DNA from: Candidatus Bathyarchaeia archaeon
Lineage (GTDB): Archaea; Thermoproteota; Bathyarchaeia; Bathyarchaeales; Bathycorpusculaceae
Assembly: GCA_050012255.1 (NCBI GenBank)
Contig: JBEKHN010000001.1
Coordinates: 64,001-128,000, forward strand
Length of the DNA: 64,000 bases
Direction of reading: 5' to 3'
Shown here: one piece after another, positions 29,965 to 39,811 of the stretch
Position numbering within the stretch: position 1 is the stretch's first letter
Layout of the letters: the number at the start of each line of letters is the position of its first letter
Notes under the pieces: generated by a model
What the model was told of the DNA's origin: nothing
The model's database searches: none
Seen by the model: the letters and a program-made list of their open reading frames with translations, nothing else
Made by a program: the position numbers and the translations under genes

Positions 29965-31404
29965 CTATTCTGGAATTTGCCATTTTTCCTTCAGGTACTT
30001 CGGAATGTCTGACGAGTCACGGGGTCCAACCAATACTTGCCAGCCGCTCATTTCCTCGATTTCGCCGCTTAGACGTGCAGCTTTTCCTGGAATCAGCAAT
30101 TTCTTATGCTTTACCTTGCCTTCGATTCCAGAAGCTTTCACGGCATCGGCGACTTTTTCTGCAGTCAACTTTCGGCCTGCGACGGCACTGTCCACTGCTA
30201 TTCCTTCAGTGTCGATTACTAAGAGGTAGACGTTCAACTTTGCAGACTCTATGTCTGAAGCCACTGTATAGTATGTTAGCGCGAAGTTTGTGGTGAACAT
30301 CACGGGAGAGTTCTCATCAGGAGTCCCGAAAACCTTCAGTCCCGGTTCGACGGCTACTGGTTTCCGCGGGTCTGTGTAGATGTTCTGTCGCAGCACGACG
30401 GGTGGAAGAAGCGCCCAGCCGTCAACGTTGTGCATTATCAGAACGTCTGCGAAACGCGTGATAAGCATCGCAGCTAAATAGGCTTCACGCCACTTCAGAA
30501 TCTCTTCTTGAGTGTTGCCTCTGTCCATCCACGCGACTAATGGTATGCCGATTAGCGGAAAACCTGAGAGTTCATCTCCTCTTTTGCATGCAGCTCGGCG
30601 AAGCATCGTGAAGTTGCTCAGCGTGTCAGCCAAGCCTTCATCTGGAAAAGTGCCTGGGTCTAAGACGAGGTCTTGAACCCCATATTCAAGCAGGGTCTTT
30701 GTCAGAGATCTCAACAGTTTCAGATCGCCTGGCGCAAAGACTGTGAGGGGGCAGTTGTACATTTGGGACAGTTCGGCCATCTCTTTCCAGTTGTCCTTTG
30801 TGGCAGCATACAGAAGTGATCTTGTTTTTGCGGCGACCATCAATCCTGCTTCGAGGACAGCTGGGTTCAGTGAACACAGGATTAGCGGCAGTTTTGTGTT
30901 CTCAGTCACTTTCTGGACTGTTGCCTTGAACTTGTCCGGGTCGTCCGAAGTGGAACGGACAGCGATCATGTCAAGCTTCAGGGTTTGTCCTATGTATTCA
31001 AAGCTGAAGTGTTCAACCTTCCTTATTCTGTCCAACATCTCTTCTTGAGGCATTTCGTCAGTGATGTCGAAGGCTATTGCCGTTGGGTTGGAATACGTGA
31101 ACTCGTGTCGGTACATGACGAGTTTTCCGCCGATCTTGAGGGCTTTGTCTCCTATGCCTAGGACAATCTCTCTCACAGCAGGCTTCAGCATTTCCCTTAA
31201 TTGCTTGTAGGATTTCTCATTCTTCTTAGTCAAGAGCGGAGGACATTTCTCCAGCGATACTTCACGGTTCACGACCTTTGTTGCAAAGGCCATGCAGTTT
31301 TCTTCGCCGCACTCCTTGCAGTTTGTTCTGGGAAGAAGCTTGTAAACGTCAAGTGGGCTTAGCTCCTTGATTCCTGTCTTGACTTTGCTTTCTCTTTCAC
31401 TCAT
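29965..31404 (-). CDS. cdhE: ACDS complex gamma subunit (corrinoid Fe-S protein, large)
   Basis: LPRTNCKECGEENCMAFA...CP; RQNIYTDPRKP; TTNFALTYYTV. Confidence 0.95.
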   Translation of the reverse strand: MSERESKVKTGIKELSPLDVYKLLPRTNCKECGEENCMAFATKVVNREVSLEKCPPLLTKKNEKSYKQLREMLKPAVREIVLGIGDKALKIGGKLVMYRHEFTYSNPTAIAFDITDEMPQEEMLDRIRKVEHFSFEYIGQTLKLDMIAVRSTSDDPDKFKATVQKVTENTKLPLILCSLNPAVLEAGLMVAAKTRSLLYAATKDNWKEMAELSQMYNCPLTVFAPGDLKLLRSLTKTLLEYGVQDLVLDPGTFPDEGLADTLSNFTMLRRAACKRGDELSGFPLIGIPLVAWMDRGNTQEEILKWREAYLAAMLITRFADVLIMHNVDGWALLPPVVLRQNIYTDPRKPVAVEPGLKVFGTPDENSPVMFTTNFALTYYTVASDIESAKLNVYLLVIDTEGIAVDSAVAGRKLTAEKVADAVKASGIEGKVKHKKLLIPGKAARLSGEIEEMSGWQVLVGPRDSSDIPKYLKEKWQIPE

Positions 31405-31424
31405 TTGGCGTGGCGCTCCTTAGT

Positions 31425-32651
31425 TTAGGTCTTCATGGAAACCCATTGTGCGAGTTTACTAGCGTCGCTTTGGTTTCCACTTAACAGTTGGCGAGTTACG
31501 TCCTTGACGGTTTTCATTGCGGCCGGATGCATCATCATAAACAAGTCGACCCCTGCAAGCAGGAGGGTGAGCGCAGTGGTAAGTTCCCAAAGAGGCCCTC
31601 TGAGCTCACGGGGTTCCCACTCTGGAGCCATCTGCATCCAAGCTTCTCTAGCAGCCCAAGCGTTGGTAGTTCCTGAGGACATCGGATGTGCCAATTCTGA
31701 ATCTCCCATCAGGCCGGAGAGTCTGGCTCTTTCCATGTTGGTGAACGCATAGTCCAGACCGTAACCAAGCGCCGCCGTCGTCAAATCCATAACTATGTCC
31801 TCTCTTGGCAGAAAATCGTAGAGCCTACGGTTGAGCTCTCTGGCCATGTTCATGTCCATAGGAGTGAAAGACAACGCTACGTGCCCATTCTTTTTGACGA
31901 ACTTTGCGCACCTCTCAACGTCCATGTCTCTTGTTATCGAGTTTATCAGGAACCTCTCTCCTGCGAAAGTCTCAGCAACGGCTGCAAAAACATCCGCATC
32001 CTTGACGGGGTCTCCGCAGCCGCCTATCATGAGCGGCACGTCGACGGCCTGAACAACGTTTTCAACGGTTTTCACGGCTTCCTTCGGTGAAGCATCCTTA
32101 ATAAGCGGATCAATGCTTATGAGGTGCAAAGTCAACATGTCAGCCCCGAACTTTTCGACGGCAAGCTTGGCCCAAGCAGCTGGGTCTTCTAAAACGTCTT
32201 TCACGTGCATCTTCACGGCCTTAGCCAGTGGGACCTTAATATCGAAGATGTCCACAGCTACGACTGGAGGATGCGGCATAGACCTTTCAAAAGTGTAGAA
32301 GGCAGGCGCAGTCTCTCCTCCTATCGTCAGAGACTTGCCGCGGGTTCCACCCTCACCCTTTGTCCCTCCAAGCTTCACCTCAACGATTTTGCCCGGGTAG
32401 GTTTCAACTGGGGGAACGAATTCTGCTTCGATTATTTCCGTAGGCTTGAGCTTCAGTTGGGGGGCAATTTTCTGCTGAGCAAGCGTGGGGACAGCGGCTG
32501 TTCCAGGCTGTATCCATATTTCTAAGTCTCCGACGTCCATCTGGAAGTCTTCAAGTTCGATTTCCTGGAGTTTCGCGAGGATTTCTATGAGGCGTGGACT
32601 CAGCTTGAGCCCTACGGCTTCTTTCTTCTCATCCTTTGGCAACGCTTTCAC
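31425..32651 (-). CDS. cdhD: ACDS complex delta subunit (corrinoid Fe-S protein, small)
   Basis: TAALGYGLDYAFTNMERARL, AWAAREAW, MMHP. Confidence 0.95.
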   Translation of the reverse strand: MKALPKDEKKEAVGLKLSPRLIEILAKLQEIELEDFQMDVGDLEIWIQPGTAAVPTLAQQKIAPQLKLKPTEIIEAEFVPPVETYPGKIVEVKLGGTKGEGGTRGKSLTIGGETAPAFYTFERSMPHPPVVAVDIFDIKVPLAKAVKMHVKDVLEDPAAWAKLAVEKFGADMLTLHLISIDPLIKDASPKEAVKTVENVVQAVDVPLMIGGCGDPVKDADVFAAVAETFAGERFLINSITRDMDVERCAKFVKKNGHVALSFTPMDMNMARELNRRLYDFLPREDIVMDLTTAALGYGLDYAFTNMERARLSGLMGDSELAHPMSSGTTNAWAAREAWMQMAPEWEPRELRGPLWELTTALTLLLAGVDLFMMMHPAAMKTVKDVTRQLLSGNQSDASKLAQWVSMKT

Positions 32652-34057
32652 CTTTTTTCAGTTTTCTCGCTCTTCTGAGAACGGATAATAACTTTTTTGG
32701 CGTAGATTTTGGCGTCTTTGAGAATGATTTTGAACCCGCCGGCTGTTATGGGCAAGGTTGCTGCCGTAGCCACAGGAATCATCTCTGTTTCCTGCGGCGT
32801 CTCTGTTAATGCTGCTTCTTCAACGGGAACCGCCTCTTCTTTCCATCTTTCTACGAAGGGATGGTTGTGTTCTTTCAGAAAAGTCTTCAGCTCGTCTATG
32901 GTTTTCGCCTCATCCTCCGTGGCCACTTTGTCAAGAATCTCGGCTGCGACGAAGTTTTTCACCCTTTCTTTCACTTCTTTGGGCACCCAAGCGACGCGTT
33001 TCCAGCCGCCGTCTGCCTGCAGAAACTTTGGAGAACGCATGTACTCGATGGACAAACCGTGGAACCCATCCACTTGGCGCCCTCCGGCGGTGGAATCGGC
33101 GATTGTTGAGAAGGCCAATCCGTTGACGGTTGTGTCTTTGAAGCCTCTGTGCACGATGCCGAACCCGTCTACTTCTGGAATGTAGAAGGCTACTCCCTCG
33201 AAGCAACCGCACGACGTGTGCGGGTGGCCGAATGCCGTGTAGAGTTGCACCCTGGTTATTTCGCCCAGAGACTTCTTCTTCACTGCTTCATTTACACCTG
33301 AGAACTCTCCTGCGACAGGGTCAAGCAGTTCGCCTCTTTCGATCGTGAAGATGGGCCCCTTCGGGTCTATGCTGGCCGCGGCTCTTCCGTCAAACCAGCT
33401 TATGGCTCCACAGTTCGAGTACCTCTGCGGCGTGATCACGCAGACGTGGGACGGAGCGAAGGACTGGCACAGAACGCATCCGTAGAACTTGTCAACTTCC
33501 TCGTCCTTCAACCCTCTTGCTCTTGCGTCTCTTGTCTCATAAACCTGCAAGGCTTCATCGTAGAGTTCCTTCACCTTCTTAGAATCCGTGATGAACGTTA
33601 CTTGCATCTTCTCGATTATTGGCAGCTCGCTTTTGAAGAGCTTGTGCAGAACCTTTCCAACATAATCGAACGAGTTCAAACCTTTCCCGAAGGATTTTTT
33701 GCTGAGCCTAAGCCAAATGTCGTAGCGCTGGTTCAGATGCATAAACCCTTCAATATAGTTGGAGAAAGCGTGTATCCGCCTCTCTATCACGCCCTCCAGT
33801 TCTGCCTCCAGCTTGGGCCCGGCGACCTCGATGAGTATTCCAAACGGGTAGGCTTTGTCTTCTTCCATCTCTTTCAGGTCAGGGCCAACGATGGTTATTT
33901 TTCCGTCCTCGACCTCTTCTGCTTTCTTGACCCTTACTAGCTCGAACTTTTCTTTGACGTCAGGTCCGCCAAGCTCAACGTACATGTCTTTTCTGCGAAT
34001 TCTTTCGCCCTCGTAGATCACGCCTACGTCGACGGGTATGTCTTTGAACATTGACAC
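32648..34057 (-). CDS. cdhC: ACDS complex beta subunit (acetyl-CoA synthase)
   Basis: YEGERIR, CVLCQSFAPSH, HTSCGCFE. Confidence 0.95.
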   Translation of the reverse strand: MSMFKDIPVDVGVIYEGERIRRKDMYVELGGPDVKEKFELVRVKKAEEVEDGKITIVGPDLKEMEEDKAYPFGILIEVAGPKLEAELEGVIERRIHAFSNYIEGFMHLNQRYDIWLRLSKKSFGKGLNSFDYVGKVLHKLFKSELPIIEKMQVTFITDSKKVKELYDEALQVYETRDARARGLKDEEVDKFYGCVLCQSFAPSHVCVITPQRYSNCGAISWFDGRAAASIDPKGPIFTIERGELLDPVAGEFSGVNEAVKKKSLGEITRVQLYTAFGHPHTSCGCFEGVAFYIPEVDGFGIVHRGFKDTTVNGLAFSTIADSTAGGRQVDGFHGLSIEYMRSPKFLQADGGWKRVAWVPKEVKERVKNFVAAEILDKVATEDEAKTIDELKTFLKEHNHPFVERWKEEAVPVEEAALTETPQETEMIPVATAATLPITAGGFKIILKDAKIYAKKVIIRSQKSEKTEKR

Positions 34058-34060
34058 TTC

Positions 34061-34603
34061 TCATTTTCCTCCAACTTTTTCAATTATCGCTCTGAGGTCT
34101 TCTGTCCAAATTTTCTGCGAAATGTTTGGTAAAGACCAGCTTGCGTTGGGTTGATAAACGTTGTCCAGTGTAACAGTCTTGAGGGTAGGAGCGAAGTGTT
34201 TCACGCCGGAAAGAATCGTCCACTCCATGTAGTATGGAAGACCGACAAACAAGGCTAAGTCGTACTGGCCTTTACCATCAAACCCGCACCAATCTGGGTC
34301 GATCAGCCTGTTGCCTACGTCCACCGCCGGCATCCAACCAGCTGGCTGACAACCCCTTTTCAAAAACTCACCCACGATGTGAGCGGTTGCGACAACCGGA
34401 ATTTTGGCTTTCTCAGACAGCTCAATCAAGTAATCGATCAGCTTCTTGGCTCCCAAGTCAATTTCAGCAGCCCTGTGCCCAACAACGAGAATCGGGCGTT
34501 TTGCCTGCTTAATCATCGCTGCGGCCACTTCAGGTTTTGTGACCACCATCGCCTTTTTTGGTCCAGCGATCTCGGCCGTCTGCCAAGGTTCAGCTGTTGC
34601 CAT
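34061..34603 (-). CDS. cdhB: ACDS complex epsilon subunit
   Basis: AKRPILVVG, DPDWCGFDGKGQYDL, QPNASWS. Confidence 0.92.
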   Translation of the reverse strand: MATAEPWQTAEIAGPKKAMVVTKPEVAAAMIKQAKRPILVVGHRAAEIDLGAKKLIDYLIELSEKAKIPVVATAHIVGEFLKRGCQPAGWMPAVDVGNRLIDPDWCGFDGKGQYDLALFVGLPYYMEWTILSGVKHFAPTLKTVTLDNVYQPNASWSLPNISQKIWTEDLRAIIEKVGGK

Positions 34604-34609
34604 GTCCGC

Positions 34610-36958
34610 TTACTCCTTCCTCTTTCTGATCAGTCTTGGCAAAAGCGTCGGGTCGGGAATCACTGTTTCCTTCCAATCCTTCTCTTCAAGAGTCTTGATG
34701 ATTTCATCTTTCATCGTTATCGGAACGTCCCCAAGTGTGCGAACAAACAGGTGTATGTCCTGAGGCATAATTCCGTACAGCCTCTTATGCAAATCGATGT
34801 AATGCGTGAGTTTTATGGCCCTTCCTTTCGAAGTGTCGTTAGGTCTCATGCAGAGCTTGCTTACCATGACTATTGCCTCCTCTTTTGTCTCAGCGGCGCA
34901 GAACAGATGCTCGGGTGTTGGTCCAACGTACGTCTTTTCTCCCGTCCTTGCATCATAAACGCACCAGTCCTCTTCTCGGTCAGCCCTTCCCAGAAGCATG
35001 CGCCTGTACTTTGTTCCGTGAGGGCCAACGACGACGGGAACGCCTAAGCGCCAGAACCCAGCTGCGATAGAAGCTGCCTTCTGAGAGTAGGCTCCCCACG
35101 CAACGCCGACAGCGCCCACACGGTTGAGCACGTAGTCAGCTATCTCCTCATAGTTCCCCCTCAGATTCCGCTTCGCGAATATGTTTGCAATCTTTATCAC
35201 AGCGCCAGCAATGTGCGAGTTGGCAACGCATGAACCAACGTTGACGATTCCTCCGGCAGCAAATTCGCCGGTGTACTTCTCGTACGGTGATTTTCCATCT
35301 TCGTCTTTGTACATGCCAGCAGACATTGCGGCACAACCTGAAGTCAAGACTATGTAGCGTCTGTTCGCAAACTCCATACACATCTCAGCAACTTCTTTTC
35401 CGCCCTTCGGATAGTTGGCGCATCCGACAAAGGCTACCACACCAGGAATCTCGCCGAGCACGATTGGGCTTCCAACGTTCCTTATCTCCACGTCTTGTAT
35501 GGCTCCTCTTCCAACTCTCAACTTGTACGTCTCATCCCTGAGTTTCTTGTCCCCAGCCCTCACGATGGAACTGTGAATCTTCGTGCCCTTCGGGCACGGA
35601 GCCTCGCATCGACCGCAGCCAATGCATAAGTCGTACAGTTCTGCGAGCTTCGTCAAATTTCCTTCGGCTGCAGCTTTCATCGCTTCCGGAATTTCCAAGT
35701 CTTCCGGGCATGCTCGCATGCAAGCGTTGCATTGAGTGCATTCTTTTGCTGCTTGAATGACTTCGTCAACATCGGGCAGCGCCTTGAATTTTTTCCGAAG
35801 GGGCGCCACTTTCAAGGCCACTTTTGCAGCGACTTCTCCGACTTTTTCAGGGTCAAGAATCAGCGCGCCCGGCGTCTTTCCTGATACTAGATCTTCGACT
35901 ATCACGTCTGCTGGGTCGTTTGTGCGGTTTGGCAGACCCATACAGTTCTTTTCTGACGTAACAATGACTGGTGTTCTGATGTTTTGCGATTCGTTGAAGG
36001 CATCCGCTCTGACACATTGTTCATCAAGCACAACTAGGTCTGGAACACCACTTCTTATGAAGCGTAACTGCCACGAGATTGGGCCGACAACCTTTGCGCG
36101 GTTGTAATATCTGGTTATGTCGTGGGCTGTGCAGCACAGTCCGCAGACCTCGATTTCACCCTCAAAACCGCTGTCTTTCATGTAGTCTATTATCCCAATG
36201 GAAGGGACAACATTGTGGCCTATGACCAGGATCACGGGTTTTTCCGCGTTTATGGTGCCGAAGCCCAGATCAACAAGCGGAGCGTCTGGGTCCGCTTTTG
36301 GAAAGCCGTAGGTCGCAATCTGAGCAACGTCTGCGACTTCCATGCCCAGGTGGTCTATCATCCCTGCGTGGAAGACTTTTGATTCGAAGTCAAGGTTGCT
36401 TCCCTCTTGCCCAGTGTGCACTACAGACAGTAAGTGTGTGAGTTGGGACTCAGCATAATCCAGTACCTCCCGTAGGTCAGCCAGTGTTTGAGGTCTTAAC
36501 CCGCAGACGAGGCGGATCGTCGGAGCCTCAACTTGGACGTTCAGCCCGCCCACGTCAATGTGGTGTTCGCGTCCGAATTTTCCGATCAGATGTTCAAGTA
36601 AGTGGCGAGCGTGGCCGACGTGAGTTGCTGCTCCGATGCAGCAAGCTAGAAGCATTGTTCTTGACTGTTGAGCCGGCATGTTGATTCCGCATGCTCCGCG
36701 CTTGTTTCCTGTCAGGTCGCATTTTCCCATGGTGCAGAGGCAGCAAACATCGCAGAAGGGCATGTAGAACGGTTTGTAGCGCTGAAGGATCCTCATATCC
36801 CACTCTCTCAGAGTCGTCAGGGACGGAAAAGGCGTAGGCCCCATCGGTTCGGTCCAGGTTCTATCGACAACCTTGCCAATTGAAAGTTCAAGATTCTTGA
36901 CAAAACCAAAATCGGTCTTCAGCTCACCGATCTTCACATTAAGATCTTTTCTGCTCAA
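34610..36958 (-). CDS. cdhA: ACDS complex alpha subunit (CO dehydrogenase)
   Basis: CDVCCLCTMGKC, GHNV, CCTAHD, DEQC, two ferredoxin motifs, GSCVANSH. Confidence 0.95.
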   Translation of the reverse strand: MSRKDLNVKIGELKTDFGFVKNLELSIGKVVDRTWTEPMGPTPFPSLTTLREWDMRILQRYKPFYMPFCDVCCLCTMGKCDLTGNKRGACGINMPAQQSRTMLLACCIGAATHVGHARHLLEHLIGKFGREHHIDVGGLNVQVEAPTIRLVCGLRPQTLADLREVLDYAESQLTHLLSVVHTGQEGSNLDFESKVFHAGMIDHLGMEVADVAQIATYGFPKADPDAPLVDLGFGTINAEKPVILVIGHNVVPSIGIIDYMKDSGFEGEIEVCGLCCTAHDITRYYNRAKVVGPISWQLRFIRSGVPDLVVLDEQCVRADAFNESQNIRTPVIVTSEKNCMGLPNRTNDPADVIVEDLVSGKTPGALILDPEKVGEVAAKVALKVAPLRKKFKALPDVDEVIQAAKECTQCNACMRACPEDLEIPEAMKAAAEGNLTKLAELYDLCIGCGRCEAPCPKGTKIHSSIVRAGDKKLRDETYKLRVGRGAIQDVEIRNVGSPIVLGEIPGVVAFVGCANYPKGGKEVAEMCMEFANRRYIVLTSGCAAMSAGMYKDEDGKSPYEKYTGEFAAGGIVNVGSCVANSHIAGAVIKIANIFAKRNLRGNYEEIADYVLNRVGAVGVAWGAYSQKAASIAAGFWRLGVPVVVGPHGTKYRRMLLGRADREEDWCVYDARTGEKTYVGPTPEHLFCAAETKEEAIVMVSKLCMRPNDTSKGRAIKLTHYIDLHKRLYGIMPQDIHLFVRTLGDVPITMKDEIIKTLEEKDWKETVIPDPTLLPRLIRKRKE

Positions 36959-37118
36959 TTATGGCACTACCTGACGACCAAGAAGACGAAATCTAATGAA
37001 GGCTTCGCTCATAAGCATTTCTGGAACCGCGTTCTACTATGAATAATCAATCTGCAGAGCAGGACTCAAATACTTCTCGGCAGGGTTCACTCCAGAACAG
37101 TGAAAAAGATGAGGCCAA

Positions 37119-37889
37119 CTACTCTGTCGTGTAGCCTGCCCTGTCCACTATTCTCTTGACAGAGAGGTAGGCCGGAGAGTCAGGAGGCAGTTCTAAGAGC
37201 GATTTTCCAGCCAGAACGTATTCTTCGACTTCGTCGTCACGAGCAATCTTGCCCAAGAAATCAAATTTCAAGGTGCTGTCAGCCCTCTTCTCCAAGCCTT
37301 CTGGAAACCTGTAACCGCCAACGACGTAGAAATTCTTGAATTCTATGCGTACTTCCTTCGCTATCCGGTAGGCCCGGTCAACGTGGTCGAACGATTTTTT
37401 GGACGGGTCAAGAACGTCGAAGATGTCGTCAACTTTCGACGTGATCCTACGGTTTAGATGCTCCAGTCCTGCTGGCGAGTCGATCAAGACGTATTTGTAG
37501 TTTTTAGAAACTGATTCCAAGGCTCCTTTCAGAGCGGCGTTCGGCAAGCAGTAGCAGCCTTCAACCCACTTTGTTCCGATAGAAATGAAATCGAAAAAGT
37601 CGCCTTCATACATGCCGTGAGCCCAGATCCTGTTTTCGATTCGTTCAGTGGGCGGAACACCGACAGTTGTTCCACCTTCCTTCAAAAAAGTCTCCATGAG
37701 CAGTTCTGAAATCGTCTTCTTCCCCTCTTCCTTCAAATCTACGCCAACCATCTCCCCAAGGTTCTGGTCCGGATCAGCGTCCACCAAAAGCAGAGGCGTG
37801 GCTCCCATTTCAATGAAGTATTTTGTCTTCAACGCCACAAAACTAGTCTTTCCTGTTCCGCCGCGACCTATTGTCACAAGCTTCTTCAA
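37119..37889 (-). CDS. cooC: CooC/AcsF-type nickel insertion ATPase
   Basis: GRGGTGKT, DADPD, EGCYC, DSPAGLEH. Confidence 0.85.
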   Translation of the reverse strand: MKKLVTIGRGGTGKTSFVALKTKYFIEMGATPLLLVDADPDQNLGEMVGVDLKEEGKKTISELLMETFLKEGGTTVGVPPTERIENRIWAHGMYEGDFFDFISIGTKWVEGCYCLPNAALKGALESVSKNYKYVLIDSPAGLEHLNRRITSKVDDIFDVLDPSKKSFDHVDRAYRIAKEVRIEFKNFYVVGGYRFPEGLEKRADSTLKFDFLGKIARDDEVEEYVLAGKSLLELPPDSPAYLSVKRIVDRAGYTTE

Positions 37890-37937
37890 TATTGCTTTAC
37901 ACCTTCTTGCACAGTCGGTTATTTCCTCAACTTTTTA

Positions 37938-38717
37938 TCAGTCGTTCTTTGCTATAAGCAAATCAGCAAGTCCTTCTATTGCTCGAACGGCCTCTGAGCT
38001 CCTGTCTTTCAGCGGCGTTTCTCCCCTCATTTCCATCTCTACGACTTTCCGATCGAAGGGAATAAAGGCCAAGATTTTCAAACCGTTTTCCAGCGCAAAA
38101 TTTCCGATCGTTTCTTCTTGAACCTTGTCTCCGACCTTGTTTCCAACCAGATAAACCTTCTTCATGCTCGAGCCCGAGGCCAATTCTTGAATGTGTTTGG
38201 CTATCTCAAGAGATTTCATGTTTGCGTCCGCGACGATCAGCAGAGTGTCCACATGCTTTGCCGTTCCTCTGCCCATGTGCTCAACCCCCGCCTCCGTGTC
38301 AAGAACAACCGCCTCGTCTCGCTCCACAACCAGATAGCGGAGCAAGGCCCGCACGACAGCGTTCTCCGGACAAGTGCACCCTGAACCCATCGACTTCACC
38401 GTTCCCATGACGATCAAGTTCACGCCAAACGGTGTCTTCACCGAATACTCGCGGACAACGTCGTCCACCTTGAAGGAGAGACGGTAAACGCCCGAGTAAC
38501 CCGTGTCGGTTTTTGATTCAACCAATTTTTTGTTCTCTGAAATGGGCAGTATCTGTCTTGCCTTTTCAGGCGTTAAGCCCAAGGTCAAGGCAAGATTCGG
38601 GGAAGAATCAGCATCAATAGCTATGGTCTTGAAGCCCTTATCGACGAAGGAGCAGGCAAGACCCGCTGCTATGAGAGTTTTACCCACACCTCCCTTGCCA
38701 GAAACTGCAATCTTCAC
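37938..38717 (-). CDS. cooC: CooC-type nickel insertion ATPase
   Basis: GKGGVGKT, DAD, GCTCP, DTEAGVEHMGRG. Confidence 0.88.
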   Translation of the reverse strand: MKIAVSGKGGVGKTLIAAGLACSFVDKGFKTIAIDADSSPNLALTLGLTPEKARQILPISENKKLVESKTDTGYSGVYRLSFKVDDVVREYSVKTPFGVNLIVMGTVKSMGSGCTCPENAVVRALLRYLVVERDEAVVLDTEAGVEHMGRGTAKHVDTLLIVADANMKSLEIAKHIQELASGSSMKKVYLVGNKVGDKVQEETIGNFALENGLKILAFIPFDRKVVEMEMRGETPLKDRSSEAVRAIEGLADLLIAKND

Positions 38718-38764
38718 CTAACCGGTCTCCAGAGTTTTCTTAGACAGTAAAGCCATTAACTGAC

Positions 38765-39625
38765 CTATTTGCGTTTTTCCTTAAGTCTCACTTTAGCTGT
38801 CTTCAGCGCTTTCTCCACTTCTTCTCGTATTATGTAGCCTCCCATGTGAAGTATCGGCTCCTTCGTTTCTGGATCCACTCCCATCGTCGCAGTACACGGG
38901 TAACTGTGATGGGCCTTTGCCGCAACGTCATAGAGTGTGTCCGTTTTCGTTTCGGTTCCTATCAATTTTCTTGCTACGTACCATGTGGAGCCGCATGGAG
39001 CGCTTCGTCTTACAATAGCAGAATCTATCAATTCGTGACCGCCCCTTTTCACAGTTGAAATTTCCAAGGAAGGTCTTCCAACGTTGAGCTCAGTTATGAA
39101 CCTCGATATTGTCGGTGCGCTTGCTGACGGTTTCAGCGAACAGAAGGGCTTTGGAAACGCACTTTCCAAACCTAGTTCTCGACACTTCTCATCCACCTGC
39201 TTTACTAGGCCTGAGGGAACATCCACGAAGTCTTCTATCGGCACGATCAAGCCTTTCACTCCAGCCTTTTCCAAGTGATTTGGCAGTTCAAGCAGCAAAT
39301 CTTTGTGCAAACCTGAGGCAACGCATAAATCAGCTCGAGGAATGTTCTTCGGCATGTGTTTTTCTGGAAAGTCTATGAAAGCTGGAAGATCAGAAGGGTT
39401 CGACAGTTCCACGGCTGCTCGAACGTTGCGAACATGACTGTACACACCGTACTTACAAGAGTCACAGGACAGGTCGCAGGACTTGCAGAAGCTGGGATCA
39501 TTTATCAAATTCCTTATCACTCGCTCTGCAAACTCTCCACTGTAGATGAAGATCAACGCTAATGGTTCTTCTCTGCGACCGGTCTCACGCTCGCTAACTG
39601 AGACCAGCTTACTATGTGCACGCAT
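38765..39625 (-). CDS. DUF166-like protein with an extra N-terminal Cys cluster
   Basis: PKPFCSL, RSAPCGSTW, HHSYPCTA; CKSCDLSCDSC near the N-terminus. Confidence 0.6.
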   Translation of the reverse strand: MRAHSKLVSVSERETGRREEPLALIFIYSGEFAERVIRNLINDPSFCKSCDLSCDSCKYGVYSHVRNVRAAVELSNPSDLPAFIDFPEKHMPKNIPRADLCVASGLHKDLLLELPNHLEKAGVKGLIVPIEDFVDVPSGLVKQVDEKCRELGLESAFPKPFCSLKPSASAPTISRFITELNVGRPSLEISTVKRGGHELIDSAIVRRSAPCGSTWYVARKLIGTETKTDTLYDVAAKAHHSYPCTATMGVDPETKEPILHMGGYIIREEVEKALKTAKVRLKEKRK

Positions 39626-39811
39626 CGGTGTTGTCGCTTCCAGTGATTATTTCCCGTAAAGAAAACGTTGAATTAAGCGTTTCTGAGTAGAGACTTTGCT
39701 TCTGCCAGAAAGAGCTGAGAGGAGAGTTTTCCAAGCTGTAGCTGTATCGTTGAGACATAAAGTTTTAATTTCCCCTAAAACATCAAGACCTAGACTCAGA
39801 AGGTTGTACCG

